Positions 30,398-40,081 of a stretch of DNA of 64,000 nt are shown in pieces (within the stretch, counting starts at the first letter, position 1; each line of letters opens with the position of its first letter). The stretch comes from Candidatus Aegiribacteria sp. (lineage in GTDB: Bacteria; Fermentibacterota; Fermentibacteria; Fermentibacterales; JCC-6): the NCBI GenBank assembly GCA_030610085.1, contig JAUWSL010000001.1:2740-66739 (forward strand), read 5' to 3'. The translations under genes were made by a program, and so were the position numbers. The notes beneath the pieces are model-generated. The model worked only from the letters and a program-made list of their open reading frames with translations. It made no database searches and was not told the DNA's origin.

Positions 30398-31525
30398 TTA
30401 CTTTGTAAGACCGTATTTCTCAAGCTCTTCAGTAGCCGAGTCCACCAGATCGGACGACGTACATGTCTTCACCCAGCTGCAAAGGTCCCTGACTCCACTG
30501 ACGAATTCAATCTCAGCGTTGAAGCCAAGAATCCTGCTGGTTCGGGAAGTATCAGCAAAACAGTGTCTTATGTCCCCCGCCCTGAACTGGTTTCTTACGA
30601 TAAAATTATCAGCAGGCTTTCCAAGTTCACCTGCAATTGCTTTTCCAATCTCCATTATGGAGGTTGGTTTACCGGTCCCTGCGTTCAGCACCTGGTAGGC
30701 TGAATCAGGATTTTCCAGAGCCATAAGACATGCTCTGGCAATATCCCTTACATGGATGAAATCCCGGCTCTGGAGCCCATCCTCGAAGATCACAGGGGGA
30801 TTCCTGTTGAGGAGTCTCGATGCGAATATTGCTCCCACCCCGGTGTATGGATTCGATAGAGCCTGCCGGGTTCCGTATACGTTGAAAAATCGCATTGCGA
30901 CAGCAGGAATTTCGTAAGCCTGACCGGCTGCAAGAAACATTTCCTCCTGGCTTCTCTTATTTATTGCATAGATGGACGTGGGATACAAAGGCTTGTTTTC
31001 GGGTACCGGCAGGGGTTCAGCCAGTTCTCCGCACTCCGGGCAGTATACTTCCCAATTATGCTGCGAAAGCTGCTCCGGCGGACGTAGTTCAGGGGCGAAA
31101 TTACCGCACTGTGGACACAGGTAAAGACCTTCTCCATAAATGGACATGGAACTGGCAACAAGCATTTTAGTGATGCTTCCACGATTTCTGACAGCTTCCT
31201 CAAGGACAACAGCCGCACCGAGAGAATTAACAGAAGTGTAATGTGCCATTCTGTACATGGATTGACCCACACCTACTGCCGCGGCGAAATGTACCAGCAT
31301 GCTGCAGCCCTCAAGGGCCTTCTCAACATCCGAATGGTTCCTCACATCACCGACGATCAGTTCAACCTCCGGGTGGAGATAATCAGGTCTGGCGGCATTT
31401 TCACCGTGTACCTGAGGGTCGAGGTTGTCCAGCGCCCTTACTTTGTAGCCTTTTTCAATAAGCAGGTCTGCAAGATGGGAACCGATAAATCCTGCTCCTC
31501 CTGTGATGAGAACTCTGATACTCAT
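30398..31525 (-). CDS. NAD-dependent epimerase/dehydratase with Cys-rich insertion
   Basis: ITGGAGFIGSH, YxxxK (YAINK), FNVYG, RDFIHV.D; CPQC...CPEC insert. Confidence 0.92.
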   Translation of the reverse strand: MSIRVLITGGAGFIGSHLADLLIEKGYKVRALDNLDPQVHGENAARPDYLHPEVELIVGDVRNHSDVEKALEGCSMLVHFAAAVGVGQSMYRMAHYTSVNSLGAAVVLEEAVRNRGSITKMLVASSMSIYGEGLYLCPQCGNFAPELRPPEQLSQHNWEVYCPECGELAEPLPVPENKPLYPTSIYAINKRSQEEMFLAAGQAYEIPAVAMRFFNVYGTRQALSNPYTGVGAIFASRLLNRNPPVIFEDGLQSRDFIHVRDIARACLMALENPDSAYQVLNAGTGKPTSIMEIGKAIAGELGKPADNFIVRNQFRAGDIRHCFADTSRTSRILGFNAEIEFVSGVRDLCSWVKTCTSSDLVDSATEELEKYGLTK

Positions 31526-31734
31526 AATGTCCAATCGCTGCATAAGTCTGTCCAGCAGCAGTTAGTGATGAAAAACTCCGGCACGGGGATATTAACCCGG
31601 CGTAAGCATATAGAAGTATAACCGATAGATATGGAGTTATCAATTAATCATTATTGTACGTTTCTGGTCTGCGGGGGCGTTTGTATTGTATGATACTCCC
31701 TGCGAAAGAAGTTGTTGTTCAGCGGAAGGGATTC

Positions 31735-33189
31735 ATGCGTATAGCCCTGGTTGTTCCCCCATGGGGTCCTGATGACATCCGCGCGAAAGATACCCGTGGT
31801 ATTTCCGGATGCTGGCCCACTCCCGGGCTGCAGTATATAGCAGCGATTCTGCGCGATTGCGGACATGAAATACTGTTCCTCGAGGGTTTCTTCTACACCA
31901 ACGAAGAAATGCTTGAGAAAACGGTCGATTTCGGGGCCCAGGCTCTGGGAGTGTACGTGATAAGTCTTCTTTGGGACAAGGCGAAACCTTTCATTGAGGA
32001 AGTAAAGGACTCTATCCCCTCTATCTTCACATTCATCGGGGGGCATGGCGCTACTGCCATGCCGGAAACACTTATGAAAAGTACCGAAGCACTGGATGCC
32101 ATCGTAATAGGAGAGGGAGAAATCACATCACGTGAATTGATAGATGCCGTGGAATCCGGTAAAGACCTTAAGGAGATCAAGGGTCTGCTCATCAGAGAAG
32201 CGGGAAAGCTTCACAGGACTCCTCCAAGGGAGATGGTTGATGATCTTGATGAATTACCCTTCCCCGCGGTTGATCTTTGCGAAATGGACAGGTACTACCC
32301 AAGCTTTGAGCAGGTTTCAACCGTTCCCGCAATGCAGATGCTGGCAAGCAGAGGCTGCTCCGGAAGCTGCCTTTACTGCTACAAGATGTACGGTAACAGA
32401 ATCCGCCTTCGCGACCCGGGACTTGTTGTTGACGAGATAGAATACTACATCAACAATTACGGAACGCGGGAAATCAAATTCTGGGACGAGCATTTTACTT
32501 TCGATCATGACCATGTTTACGCGATCTGTGATGAGATTCTCAGGAGAGGATTGAAAATACGCTGGTGGGTTTCCAGCAGGGCGGATGCAGTTGACAGGCC
32601 TCTTCTTGATGCTATGAAAAAAGCGGGATGCTGGTGCATAAACTACGGGGTCGAAAGTGGTTTGCAGAAGCATCTGGATACTCTGATAAAGCACGAAACC
32701 CTCGATCAGATCAGAACCGCCGTAAAACTTACGCACAGTGTCGGTATCAAAACACATACAACCTACATATTCGGGATTCCGGGGGAGACCTTTGAGGATG
32801 GCCTGAAGACGATAGAATTCGCAATGGAATTGAACTCTTTCACTGTTGAATTTTTCCCCATTACCCCCTTTCCCGGGACACCACTTTATAAAGGTATTCA
32901 CAAGGGATTGTTCGGGACGATGTCGGAAAATCTTTCAGACCAGGGAATGCTGCTTGATCGCCCATGCTTTGTTCCCTTTACCATGACCGCCGAGGAGATC
33001 ATGGAACTGAGAAGACTGGCATATATAAAGTACTTTTTCAGGCCCGGGTTCCTCTTATACAGACTTATGAATATCATGTCACCCTTTCAGGTGAGGGCGA
33101 TGTGGAGCGGAGCCAATAGTCTCTTTCAGATGGTTGGAGAGCAGATTTCTGCCCTATGGAAAAGAACGATAGATCGATCTCAGTCGTAA
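31735..33189 (+). CDS. Cobalamin-binding radical SAM protein
   Basis: N-terminal B12 domain (PGLQYIAA, GG.GAT, GEGE), SRGCSGSCLYC motif, GVESG, FGIPGET. Confidence 0.9.
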   Translation: MRIALVVPPWGPDDIRAKDTRGISGCWPTPGLQYIAAILRDCGHEILFLEGFFYTNEEMLEKTVDFGAQALGVYVISLLWDKAKPFIEEVKDSIPSIFTFIGGHGATAMPETLMKSTEALDAIVIGEGEITSRELIDAVESGKDLKEIKGLLIREAGKLHRTPPREMVDDLDELPFPAVDLCEMDRYYPSFEQVSTVPAMQMLASRGCSGSCLYCYKMYGNRIRLRDPGLVVDEIEYYINNYGTREIKFWDEHFTFDHDHVYAICDEILRRGLKIRWWVSSRADAVDRPLLDAMKKAGCWCINYGVESGLQKHLDTLIKHETLDQIRTAVKLTHSVGIKTHTTYIFGIPGETFEDGLKTIEFAMELNSFTVEFFPITPFPGTPLYKGIHKGLFGTMSENLSDQGMLLDRPCFVPFTMTAEEIMELRRLAYIKYFFRPGFLLYRLMNIMSPFQVRAMWSGANSLFQMVGEQISALWKRTIDRSQS

Positions 33190-34166
33190 TCCCGGTTCAT
33201 AACAGCGAGAAGACCCTTGAAGCTGTTCTGATGCCGCTCCTTGATGAACTCCGGATCGGGGATGAACTCATAGTCGTAGATGACAGATCGGAGGACAGGT
33301 CTTCGGAGATAGCCTTACGGCTCGGAGCAGTGGTGATCTCCAGCTCCGGCAGTCCTGGAGCCGCAGGAGCAAGAAATACAGGTGCTCAGGCCGCGGCAGG
33401 AGAATGGGTTCTCTTCGTGGACAGCGACTCTGTCGCCCCTTCCGGATGGAGAAGTAAGCTTCAGCAGCGCATTGGTCAGGATCCCGGGGCTGTTCAGGCT
33501 ACCTACAGTCCTGTTGCCGCAGGGAGTAAAGCGGCTACGTTCTACAAGAATTTCTACTACTACTACACTTTTACCAGAAGAATAAGCAGCGATCACATTA
33601 CCGGGTGCGGAACATTCTTCTTCGCGGTGAGAAGAGCTGTATTCCTGGAGCTGGAAGGATTTGACGATAGAATTCCCGGCGCAACCGTAGAAGATGCCGA
33701 TTTTGCGGCAAGACTTGTTGGTGCCGGGGACAGCATTCTAATGGCCACCGAGATAGAGGTTTACCATCTCAGGGAATATACTTTTACTGAATTGATGAGG
33801 TACGAATGGCGTATGATGAAGTCCAAGGTTCTCTACCTTCTTCGAAGGGGATCAGGACATGCAGTTCCTTCCGTTTCAATGGCAACTCCACTTGAAATGC
33901 TGTCCGTTATTTCCGGGGCAGTTAGTATCTGGTTGATACCTGCCGGTCTGGTGGCATATGCCACGGGTTGTTTGTGGGGAATCTGGCTTTCTATTGCCGG
34001 GTTCTCAATTCTGACAGCGGGTCATACGGGATTCTGGTTCGCATCCGTGAGGGAGGCAGGTATGAGGGGATTTCTTGCATCCTTCATGACTTTTCCCGAT
34101 CTAATACTTATCATACCTGCTGTGTTGAGCGGAGTTATAATGCATATAACGGGAAGGAAATACTGA
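33156..34166 (+). CDS. Glycosyltransferase family 2 with C-terminal TM helices
   Basis: SVVIPVHN, VVDD.S.D, ARN.G, FVDSD, ED.DF. Confidence 0.9.
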   Translation: MEKNDRSISVVIPVHNSEKTLEAVLMPLLDELRIGDELIVVDDRSEDRSSEIALRLGAVVISSSGSPGAAGARNTGAQAAAGEWVLFVDSDSVAPSGWRSKLQQRIGQDPGAVQATYSPVAAGSKAATFYKNFYYYYTFTRRISSDHITGCGTFFFAVRRAVFLELEGFDDRIPGATVEDADFAARLVGAGDSILMATEIEVYHLREYTFTELMRYEWRMMKSKVLYLLRRGSGHAVPSVSMATPLEMLSVISGAVSIWLIPAGLVAYATGCLWGIWLSIAGFSILTAGHTGFWFASVREAGMRGFLASFMTFPDLILIIPAVLSGVIMHITGRKY

Positions 34167-34167
34167 T

Positions 34168-35934
34168 TTGCGGTCAAGAACCTTTCTACCGATCGGCCTG
34201 AGTCTTACACTTCTCTTTATTGTTTATAGATACCTGGAAGTTATCCCTCGCGGTCCTTCTGACAAGGTAGTTCAGTTGTTCCTGCTGGTTTCTGCGTCTG
34301 TCTGTTTTGCCTTGTATTTTGCCGCAAGGACTGACCGGGATCTGGTTCATTGGATTATTGGAAAAATCGAGAAACCTTCTACAACCAGGTTCCTCGGACT
34401 TCTTCTCGTTATTCTAGCAGTTTTCTCCATCTGGATGGCTTACGGTCCTTTCGAGGGAATTCCGAAAGGCGGTGACGAAGCTGCGTATTATTTTCAATCG
34501 AAGATTTACGCCGCCGGTCACATGGCGGCACCTGCACCTGCTGTTGATGACCCTATGGCCTATTTTCCATTTCGGCATTTCATCTTCAGGAATAACATGT
34601 GGTTTATCATCTATACTCCGTTCCATTCCCTGTTGATGGCACCTTTCACCGCAGCAGGCGCATCTCCTCTTCTTGGCCCCATCGAAGGGTTGCTGTCCCT
34701 TATAGGAATTTTCCTTCTGATTAGACTCTGGACAGGTGAGACTATTGCCAGGATCAGCGTTCTTCTCCTTCTACTGTCACCCTTCTTCCTTTTCATGACA
34801 TCTACATTCATGGCCCACAATACGAACCTTATGCTTATTACATGGTCTCTATACATGATCTCCAGGAGAGCAAAGGGCGCGTCGGTTGCCTACGGGATTG
34901 CAAGTGGATTTCTTATTGGGCTTGCTTTTGCCACGAAACCTTACCCTGTTCTCGTTTGGCTTTTCTTCATTCCGCTTGCAGTTATAGTGGGTTGCAGGGA
35001 CAGGTGGTTCCGTATCCTGGGCCCGGCTGCTGTGGCTGCGGTAATACCTCTGGTGCTTTTCCTGCTATCGAACAGTTACTACACGGGAAATCCTCTCCAC
35101 GCGGGTTACGATCTGATCAGGGGAGGAAAACTGATAGGTTTCGGGCCTGAAAAGGCCTGGTTTCCAGAGTACGGAGATCATGCGCATACACCCGTTAGAG
35201 GATTGTTCAACGTTGCCAGGCAGATCGGGGTTGGAAGTACGATCCTGTTCGGTTGGCCATTCCTGTCCCTCGTTCCCATTCTTCTGGCAATTGGAAGGAT
35301 ACGAAAAGAGAGGCGTGTTCTCTGGCTTTTCCTCCCCTTGTTGTTGATCATGTTGCTGATGTTTCTCCATTATTGCCCTGCCATTGATTACGGCCCCAGA
35401 CATTACTTTACTCTCCTGCCCGTTATCCTGCTTCTTTCGGTTCTTGGATTTAGAGAAGCGGTAAAATTTGCCAGAAGAAGAAGGGGGACCGAAGGCAGCA
35501 ACATTGTAGCAGTTTTTGTCTTCTGTCAGTTTCTGATAACACTGTTCGTTTATTTGCCGGAGGGAATAGAATTAAGGTCGAGCCCATGGCAGTCCATCGA
35601 CAGACAGCCTATGATAACAGCTTCAAATTATGTTGAAATACCCTCAATAGTATTTATGCAGGCGGGACAGCATGGTTACCCTAATATCTCCAGCGGCATG
35701 AATTTCAATTCACCCTTCCTTGATAAGGAAATAATATACTGCGCGCATCAGACACCGGAGGAGGACATTCTATTCATGCAGGCCTATCCCGGAAGAACCC
35801 CGTACTTGTACTGGTTTGATGGAAGCAGCTTCCATATAGAGCCATGGTCACAGGATCTTTCTGAAATTATCGAGCCTACCAGAGACATGGTCTACCATGC
35901 ATATTCGCACATGCATGACCCCGAACAAGACTGA
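34168..35934 (+). CDS. GT-C fold polytopic glycosyltransferase (ArnT/PMT-like)
   Basis: DE..Y..Q loop motif, many TM segments, YGPRHY. Confidence 0.78.
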   Translation: MRSRTFLPIGLSLTLLFIVYRYLEVIPRGPSDKVVQLFLLVSASVCFALYFAARTDRDLVHWIIGKIEKPSTTRFLGLLLVILAVFSIWMAYGPFEGIPKGGDEAAYYFQSKIYAAGHMAAPAPAVDDPMAYFPFRHFIFRNNMWFIIYTPFHSLLMAPFTAAGASPLLGPIEGLLSLIGIFLLIRLWTGETIARISVLLLLLSPFFLFMTSTFMAHNTNLMLITWSLYMISRRAKGASVAYGIASGFLIGLAFATKPYPVLVWLFFIPLAVIVGCRDRWFRILGPAAVAAVIPLVLFLLSNSYYTGNPLHAGYDLIRGGKLIGFGPEKAWFPEYGDHAHTPVRGLFNVARQIGVGSTILFGWPFLSLVPILLAIGRIRKERRVLWLFLPLLLIMLLMFLHYCPAIDYGPRHYFTLLPVILLLSVLGFREAVKFARRRRGTEGSNIVAVFVFCQFLITLFVYLPEGIELRSSPWQSIDRQPMITASNYVEIPSIVFMQAGQHGYPNISSGMNFNSPFLDKEIIYCAHQTPEEDILFMQAYPGRTPYLYWFDGSSFHIEPWSQDLSEIIEPTRDMVYHAYSHMHDPEQD

Positions 35935-35952
35935 TCAGAAAAGGACTGAATT

Positions 35953-36672
35953 CTGAAAAATTCTAAAATTATCTGTTATATACCAGCGTACAACGCAGAA
36001 CTGCTTTTAGAAAAAGTGATCAGGGCGATACCATCTGAAACGATGGAATACCTGAACACAGTTCTAGTTATTGATGATGGCTCTTCCGACGGGACTGCCA
36101 ACCTTACGAGCAGACTGCAGAAAGAATTCCCTAAGATCTTCCTTATTCAGCATCCGGAAAACCGGGGTTACGGAGCTGTTCAGAAAACCGCCTTTGACTG
36201 GACACTGGAACACAACAGTGATATAGCGGTGATGCTTCATTCAGACGGTCAGTACCCTCCTGAATACCTCAAACCGATGCTGATTCCGTTTAAAAAGAGT
36301 GCTGATGTCGTTGGCGGCAGCAGAATTCTTTATGGAGACATGCGATGGGGCGGTATGTCCAGAACAAGGTACTATGGAACCATGTGGCTGAACGCACTTG
36401 AAAATCTTATTTTCAGGCAGAAACTTACTTCGTATCACAGCGGCTACAAAGCATACAGCAGGAAAGCACTTGAGCAGATACCGTACGAAAGTTATTCGAA
36501 TACTTTCAATTTTGATTCGGAGATGCTTGTGGGAGCCATAAGGGCCGAGCTTTCCATCGAAGAAATACCTATTCCAACGATACACGGAGCAGGATTTTCA
36601 AGCCTGAAACCCGTTCCTTACGGACTTTCAGTTCTACATACTCTTGTAAAGTATATCTTCGGAAGGATCTGA
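35953..36672 (+). CDS. GT2, polyprenol-phosphate sugar synthase-like (non-canonical start)
   Basis: IPAYN motif lies upstream of the track start; IDDGS.D.T, N.GYG..QK, HSDGQY, SGYKAY, FD.EM. Confidence 0.85.
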   Translation: MKNSKIICYIPAYNAELLLEKVIRAIPSETMEYLNTVLVIDDGSSDGTANLTSRLQKEFPKIFLIQHPENRGYGAVQKTAFDWTLEHNSDIAVMLHSDGQYPPEYLKPMLIPFKKSADVVGGSRILYGDMRWGGMSRTRYYGTMWLNALENLIFRQKLTSYHSGYKAYSRKALEQIPYESYSNTFNFDSEMLVGAIRAELSIEEIPIPTIHGAGFSSLKPVPYGLSVLHTLVKYIFGRI

Positions 36673-36675
36673 AGT

Positions 36676-37707
36676 TCAGTAGTGCTTGCCGGACAGGAAC
36701 AGAACTGATCCCATTATCACACCCCAGCCAAGTATGGCCATATCAATAAGACACAGCAGAATGAAACCGGGCAGAACCTTCAACCCGAAGTAAGAAACAG
36801 CGCAACGGAAGAAGTTCACGTGACACAGGAGAGAAAGGAATATTGCCACAAGGGCAGATGCGGGAAGCCAGGACCATAATGATAATCCAAGAATCGCACC
36901 TGTCAGGAATGCAAGCATGGAGGAACCTGCAAACAGCACAAAGAGTATGCTCAGTACAACCCATCTGCTATGGTGGGTTCCGGTTTCCCTCAGGTTGATG
37001 TACCTCTTCAGCAATCTCTCTCTTATAGACCTCCAGCCGCTTTTCGCCTGAGCTTCTGCCATCCTGAATCGTCGTCTGGTAAACTGACATAATGTATAGG
37101 CTGCCAGATGCACAACCATAATGTCTTTAGCCAGAAAAATAGATCTTCCCGAATCAACAAGTGAATAACCCAGCTCTTCATCTTCAACTGTAGGTTCTGG
37201 AATCTTCGTATTGAATCCTCCCACAACATCAAAATCTTTTTTGCGAACGGCGACACACCAAGTTGCAAAAATAGCTACACTTTCTTCCTTAACATGAACA
37301 AGGGCATAGTGGTAGTAAAGATTCTGGTAAACCGACACTATATTGTCAGCTGTACATTCAGGGGAATAAAGAGTTTGGACTGCAGCAATCTCTGGTCGAG
37401 AATCGAAGATACATGAAATACTTTTCAGCAAATCGTGGGGCACAATAACATCTGAATCAAGAAACAGAATAATTTCTCCTGTAGCAGTCTCTGCCCCGAT
37501 GTTCCGAGCTTTTGCAGGCCCTCCTCTATTCTCGCATCGAATTACGACCGCCCCAAGTTTAGAAGCTATATCTGCAGTATCATCATCGCTGCAATCATCG
37601 ATAACAAGAATCTCATAGGCTCTATGGCTCTGTGCAGCAACCGATAGAAGGCAATCAGTTATAGTATCTGCAGCATTATATGCTGGTATTATTATCGAAA
37701 TACTCAA
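36676..37707 (-). CDS. Glycosyltransferase family 2 with C-terminal TM helices (paralog of 33156)
   Basis: SIIIPAYN, IDD.S.D, ARN.G, FLDSD, TVED.ELG. Confidence 0.9.
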   Translation of the reverse strand: MSISIIIPAYNAADTITDCLLSVAAQSHRAYEILVIDDCSDDDTADIASKLGAVVIRCENRGGPAKARNIGAETATGEIILFLDSDVIVPHDLLKSISCIFDSRPEIAAVQTLYSPECTADNIVSVYQNLYYHYALVHVKEESVAIFATWCVAVRKKDFDVVGGFNTKIPEPTVEDEELGYSLVDSGRSIFLAKDIMVVHLAAYTLCQFTRRRFRMAEAQAKSGWRSIRERLLKRYINLRETGTHHSRWVVLSILFVLFAGSSMLAFLTGAILGLSLWSWLPASALVAIFLSLLCHVNFFRCAVSYFGLKVLPGFILLCLIDMAILGWGVIMGSVLFLSGKHY

Positions 37708-37746
37708 AATGATCCAATCACGAAAAGGTGCTGAAGCAGAAGTAAT

Positions 37747-38970
37747 CTATATAGGTAATACTATCTTCCCTGATTCTGTTTGACCGTTCTCTATAAGGGC
37801 GGCCATGATTCTTGGAAGGGCCAGCCCGGAGCCGTTGAGTGTATGAACGTACTGAAGCTTACCACCACTAGCGGGCCTGTATCTTATACAGCCTCTTCTC
37901 GATTGAAAATCACGGAAATTGGATACCGATGAAACCTCAAGCCATTTTTCCTGCCCTGCGGACCATACCTCGAAGTCGTAGCATTTCGAGGCGGCGAAAC
38001 TGAGATCACCTGTTGACAGAAGAGAAATCCTGTAGGTAAGATTAAGCAATTCAAGCAATTTTCCCACATGGGCTGTCATCTCCTCAAGAGACGTTTCAGA
38101 ATTCTCCGGCTTGACCATCTGGACCATTTCAACTTTTTCGAACTGATGAACTCTGTTAAGGCCTCTTGTGTCTTTGCCGTAGCTTCCCGCTTCACGTCTG
38201 AAACAGGGAGAGTAGCAGAAAATTCTTACGGGAAGATCATCCTCCTGCAGAATGGAATCACGGTAGATATTTGTTAGAGGAACCTCTCCTGTAGGGACAA
38301 GAAAGAGATCATCCTTCTCGATGTGGTACATGTCATCTTCAAGCTTCGGGATCTGCCCCGTTGAAGTCATGCTCTTCCTGTTGGCAAGGAAAGGAACCCA
38401 GATCTCTTCCATGCCTGCACTGTGGTGGAAATCCATCATCCAGTTTATGAGAATTCTCTGAAGCCGGGCGGCCCAGCCTCTTAGAAGTATGAAGTTCGAT
38501 CCTGTTACCGATCCCGAGGCTTCCTGGTCGAAAAGCCCTCCAAGGAGTTCCCAGTGGGGAAGAGCTTTGAAATCAAAAGAGGGTTTCTCTCCAACGGTTC
38601 TAATAATACTGTTGAAAGTCTCATCACTGCCGATCGGGACATCCGGATCCGGAATGTTGGGAAAATGCAGTTCCAGTTCACTCATCCTGCCGTCTACGGC
38701 ATCAAGGTCCTTCTCAAAGGAGGCGATTCCTCCACCAGTTTTCCTGCTTTCCAGTATCTGTGGGCCCGCCTCTTTTCCCTCCTTTTTCAGGGAGGAGACT
38801 TCGTTTGAGAGTTCATTTCTGCGCCTTCGCAATTCTTCGATCTCACCAAGCAGAGAGCGTCTTTTTTCATCAAGTTCAAGCCATTCATCGATCGGGCAGG
38901 GTTCACCCTTGTTCACGGCTGCTGTGCGTACTCTGTCCGGATTATTTCTAAGAACTGCCCTGTCCAGCAT
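37747..38970 (-). CDS. serS: Serine--tRNA ligase
   Basis: N-terminal coiled arm, PTGEVPL, FRREAGSYGKDTRGL.RVHQF.KVE, EVSSVSN, HTLNGSGLA. Confidence 0.97.
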   Translation of the reverse strand: MLDRAVLRNNPDRVRTAAVNKGEPCPIDEWLELDEKRRSLLGEIEELRRRRNELSNEVSSLKKEGKEAGPQILESRKTGGGIASFEKDLDAVDGRMSELELHFPNIPDPDVPIGSDETFNSIIRTVGEKPSFDFKALPHWELLGGLFDQEASGSVTGSNFILLRGWAARLQRILINWMMDFHHSAGMEEIWVPFLANRKSMTSTGQIPKLEDDMYHIEKDDLFLVPTGEVPLTNIYRDSILQEDDLPVRIFCYSPCFRREAGSYGKDTRGLNRVHQFEKVEMVQMVKPENSETSLEEMTAHVGKLLELLNLTYRISLLSTGDLSFAASKCYDFEVWSAGQEKWLEVSSVSNFRDFQSRRGCIRYRPASGGKLQYVHTLNGSGLALPRIMAALIENGQTESGKIVLPI

Positions 38971-38997
38971 TATAAGTCTCCCTGTTCTTTAATTCGA

Positions 38998-39342
38998 TCA
39001 GAAATGGGGTATGAATACAAGCAGGCCTACGGCTAGAGCGGCAACAGCAGCCAGGAGAACCGAACCTGCTGCGAGGTCTTTTGCTTTCTGAACCGTATCG
39101 TGCCACTCCGGTGCCGTATGATCCGCAAGGAATTCAAGAGCGCTGTTCATGGCTTCAGCGGATAGAACTATGCCGATCGAAAGGGCTATAAGGGCCCACT
39201 CTCCAAGGTTAAGGCTCACAAGCAGTCCGACTGTGATAACAACAATAAGAGCGATCAGATGAATTTTGGCGTTCATCTGGGTCGCCAGAAGGGTTCCTAT
39301 GCCTCTGAAAGCGTATCTGAAGCTTCTGAGTCTGTTTTTCAT
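38998..39342 (-). CDS. dgkA: DgkA-family diacylglycerol/undecaprenol kinase
   Basis: SF.YAF.G, N..IH, E.MNSA.E...D, KD.AAG.V; start MKNRL at 39342. Confidence 0.9.
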   Translation of the reverse strand: MKNRLRSFRYAFRGIGTLLATQMNAKIHLIALIVVITVGLLVSLNLGEWALIALSIGIVLSAEAMNSALEFLADHTAPEWHDTVQKAKDLAAGSVLLAAVAALAVGLLVFIPHF

Positions 39343-39343
39343 A

Positions 39344-40081
39344 TCAGAAATATACTCCAAATCCTTCAGAACTGCTCCATCTGATTCCCAAAGCTGGCTG
39401 AATATGGATTTCCGACCCCGCATCATCCTCATGCGCAAGGGCGACAGCAATTCCGATGGCTGTTCCAATGGCTGCCCCTGCAATAACGTCCGAAGGGTAG
39501 TGCTTTCCAAGAGAGACCCTCGAAAGAGATGTGAAAACGGCGACTGCCGCCGCTGGGATACCGGCACCAGGCCCGTAACTGTCCCAGAGTATCACAGCAA
39601 CGCAGGCTGTGCCGGAAGCATGTCCCGAGGGGAAACTTCGACTGTTACTGCCGTCAGGTCTTGACCTGCCCGCTGCAAGTTTCATCGCGCCTGTGAAACC
39701 GTAAGTCAGAAGAAGACCCTCGGTAAGCATCTGGCCGGTTTCTTCGATATCGCGTTCGTCGCAGAGAGCGCCGCCCGCCCACATGATGGAGGAAGCTCCG
39801 AGAAGTTGCAGGCCGAAAGCCCTGTCGCAAACACAGGACAGGTCCTTCAGGAATCCCGTTCCCAGAAAACCCGCATAGTCTTCCCCGCGCTCAAGCAGGA
39901 AAGCCCCGGAAGTTACCGCAGCGCCAAGGCCGATGACTGTCAACGGTTCTGCGGAGAACATTTGATGAATGTTCTCCCCCATGAAATGTAAAAAATCATC
40001 ACCGGTCACACATGAGAAGAAAAATAGGACTGAAACCAGGGGAATCAGAAAGTTGAATGGCCGTCTAACCGTTTTCGGCAT
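39344..40081 (-). CDS. PAP2-family phosphatase
   Basis: K....R.RP, SFPSGH, SR...GKH.PSDV..G motifs; start uncertain. Confidence 0.88.
   Translation of the reverse strand: MPKTVRRPFNFLIPLVSVLFFFSCVTGDDFLHFMGENIHQMFSAEPLTVIGLGAAVTSGAFLLERGEDYAGFLGTGFLKDLSCVCDRAFGLQLLGASSIMWAGGALCDERDIEETGQMLTEGLLLTYGFTGAMKLAAGRSRPDGSNSRSFPSGHASGTACVAVILWDSYGPGAGIPAAAVAVFTSLSRVSLGKHYPSDVIAGAAIGTAIGIAVALAHEDDAGSEIHIQPALGIRWSSSEGFGVYF

Noticed and set aside
37747..37749. Possible TAG recoding
   Set aside because: TAG is the normal stop of dnaN, gyrB, gyrA and others in this window.
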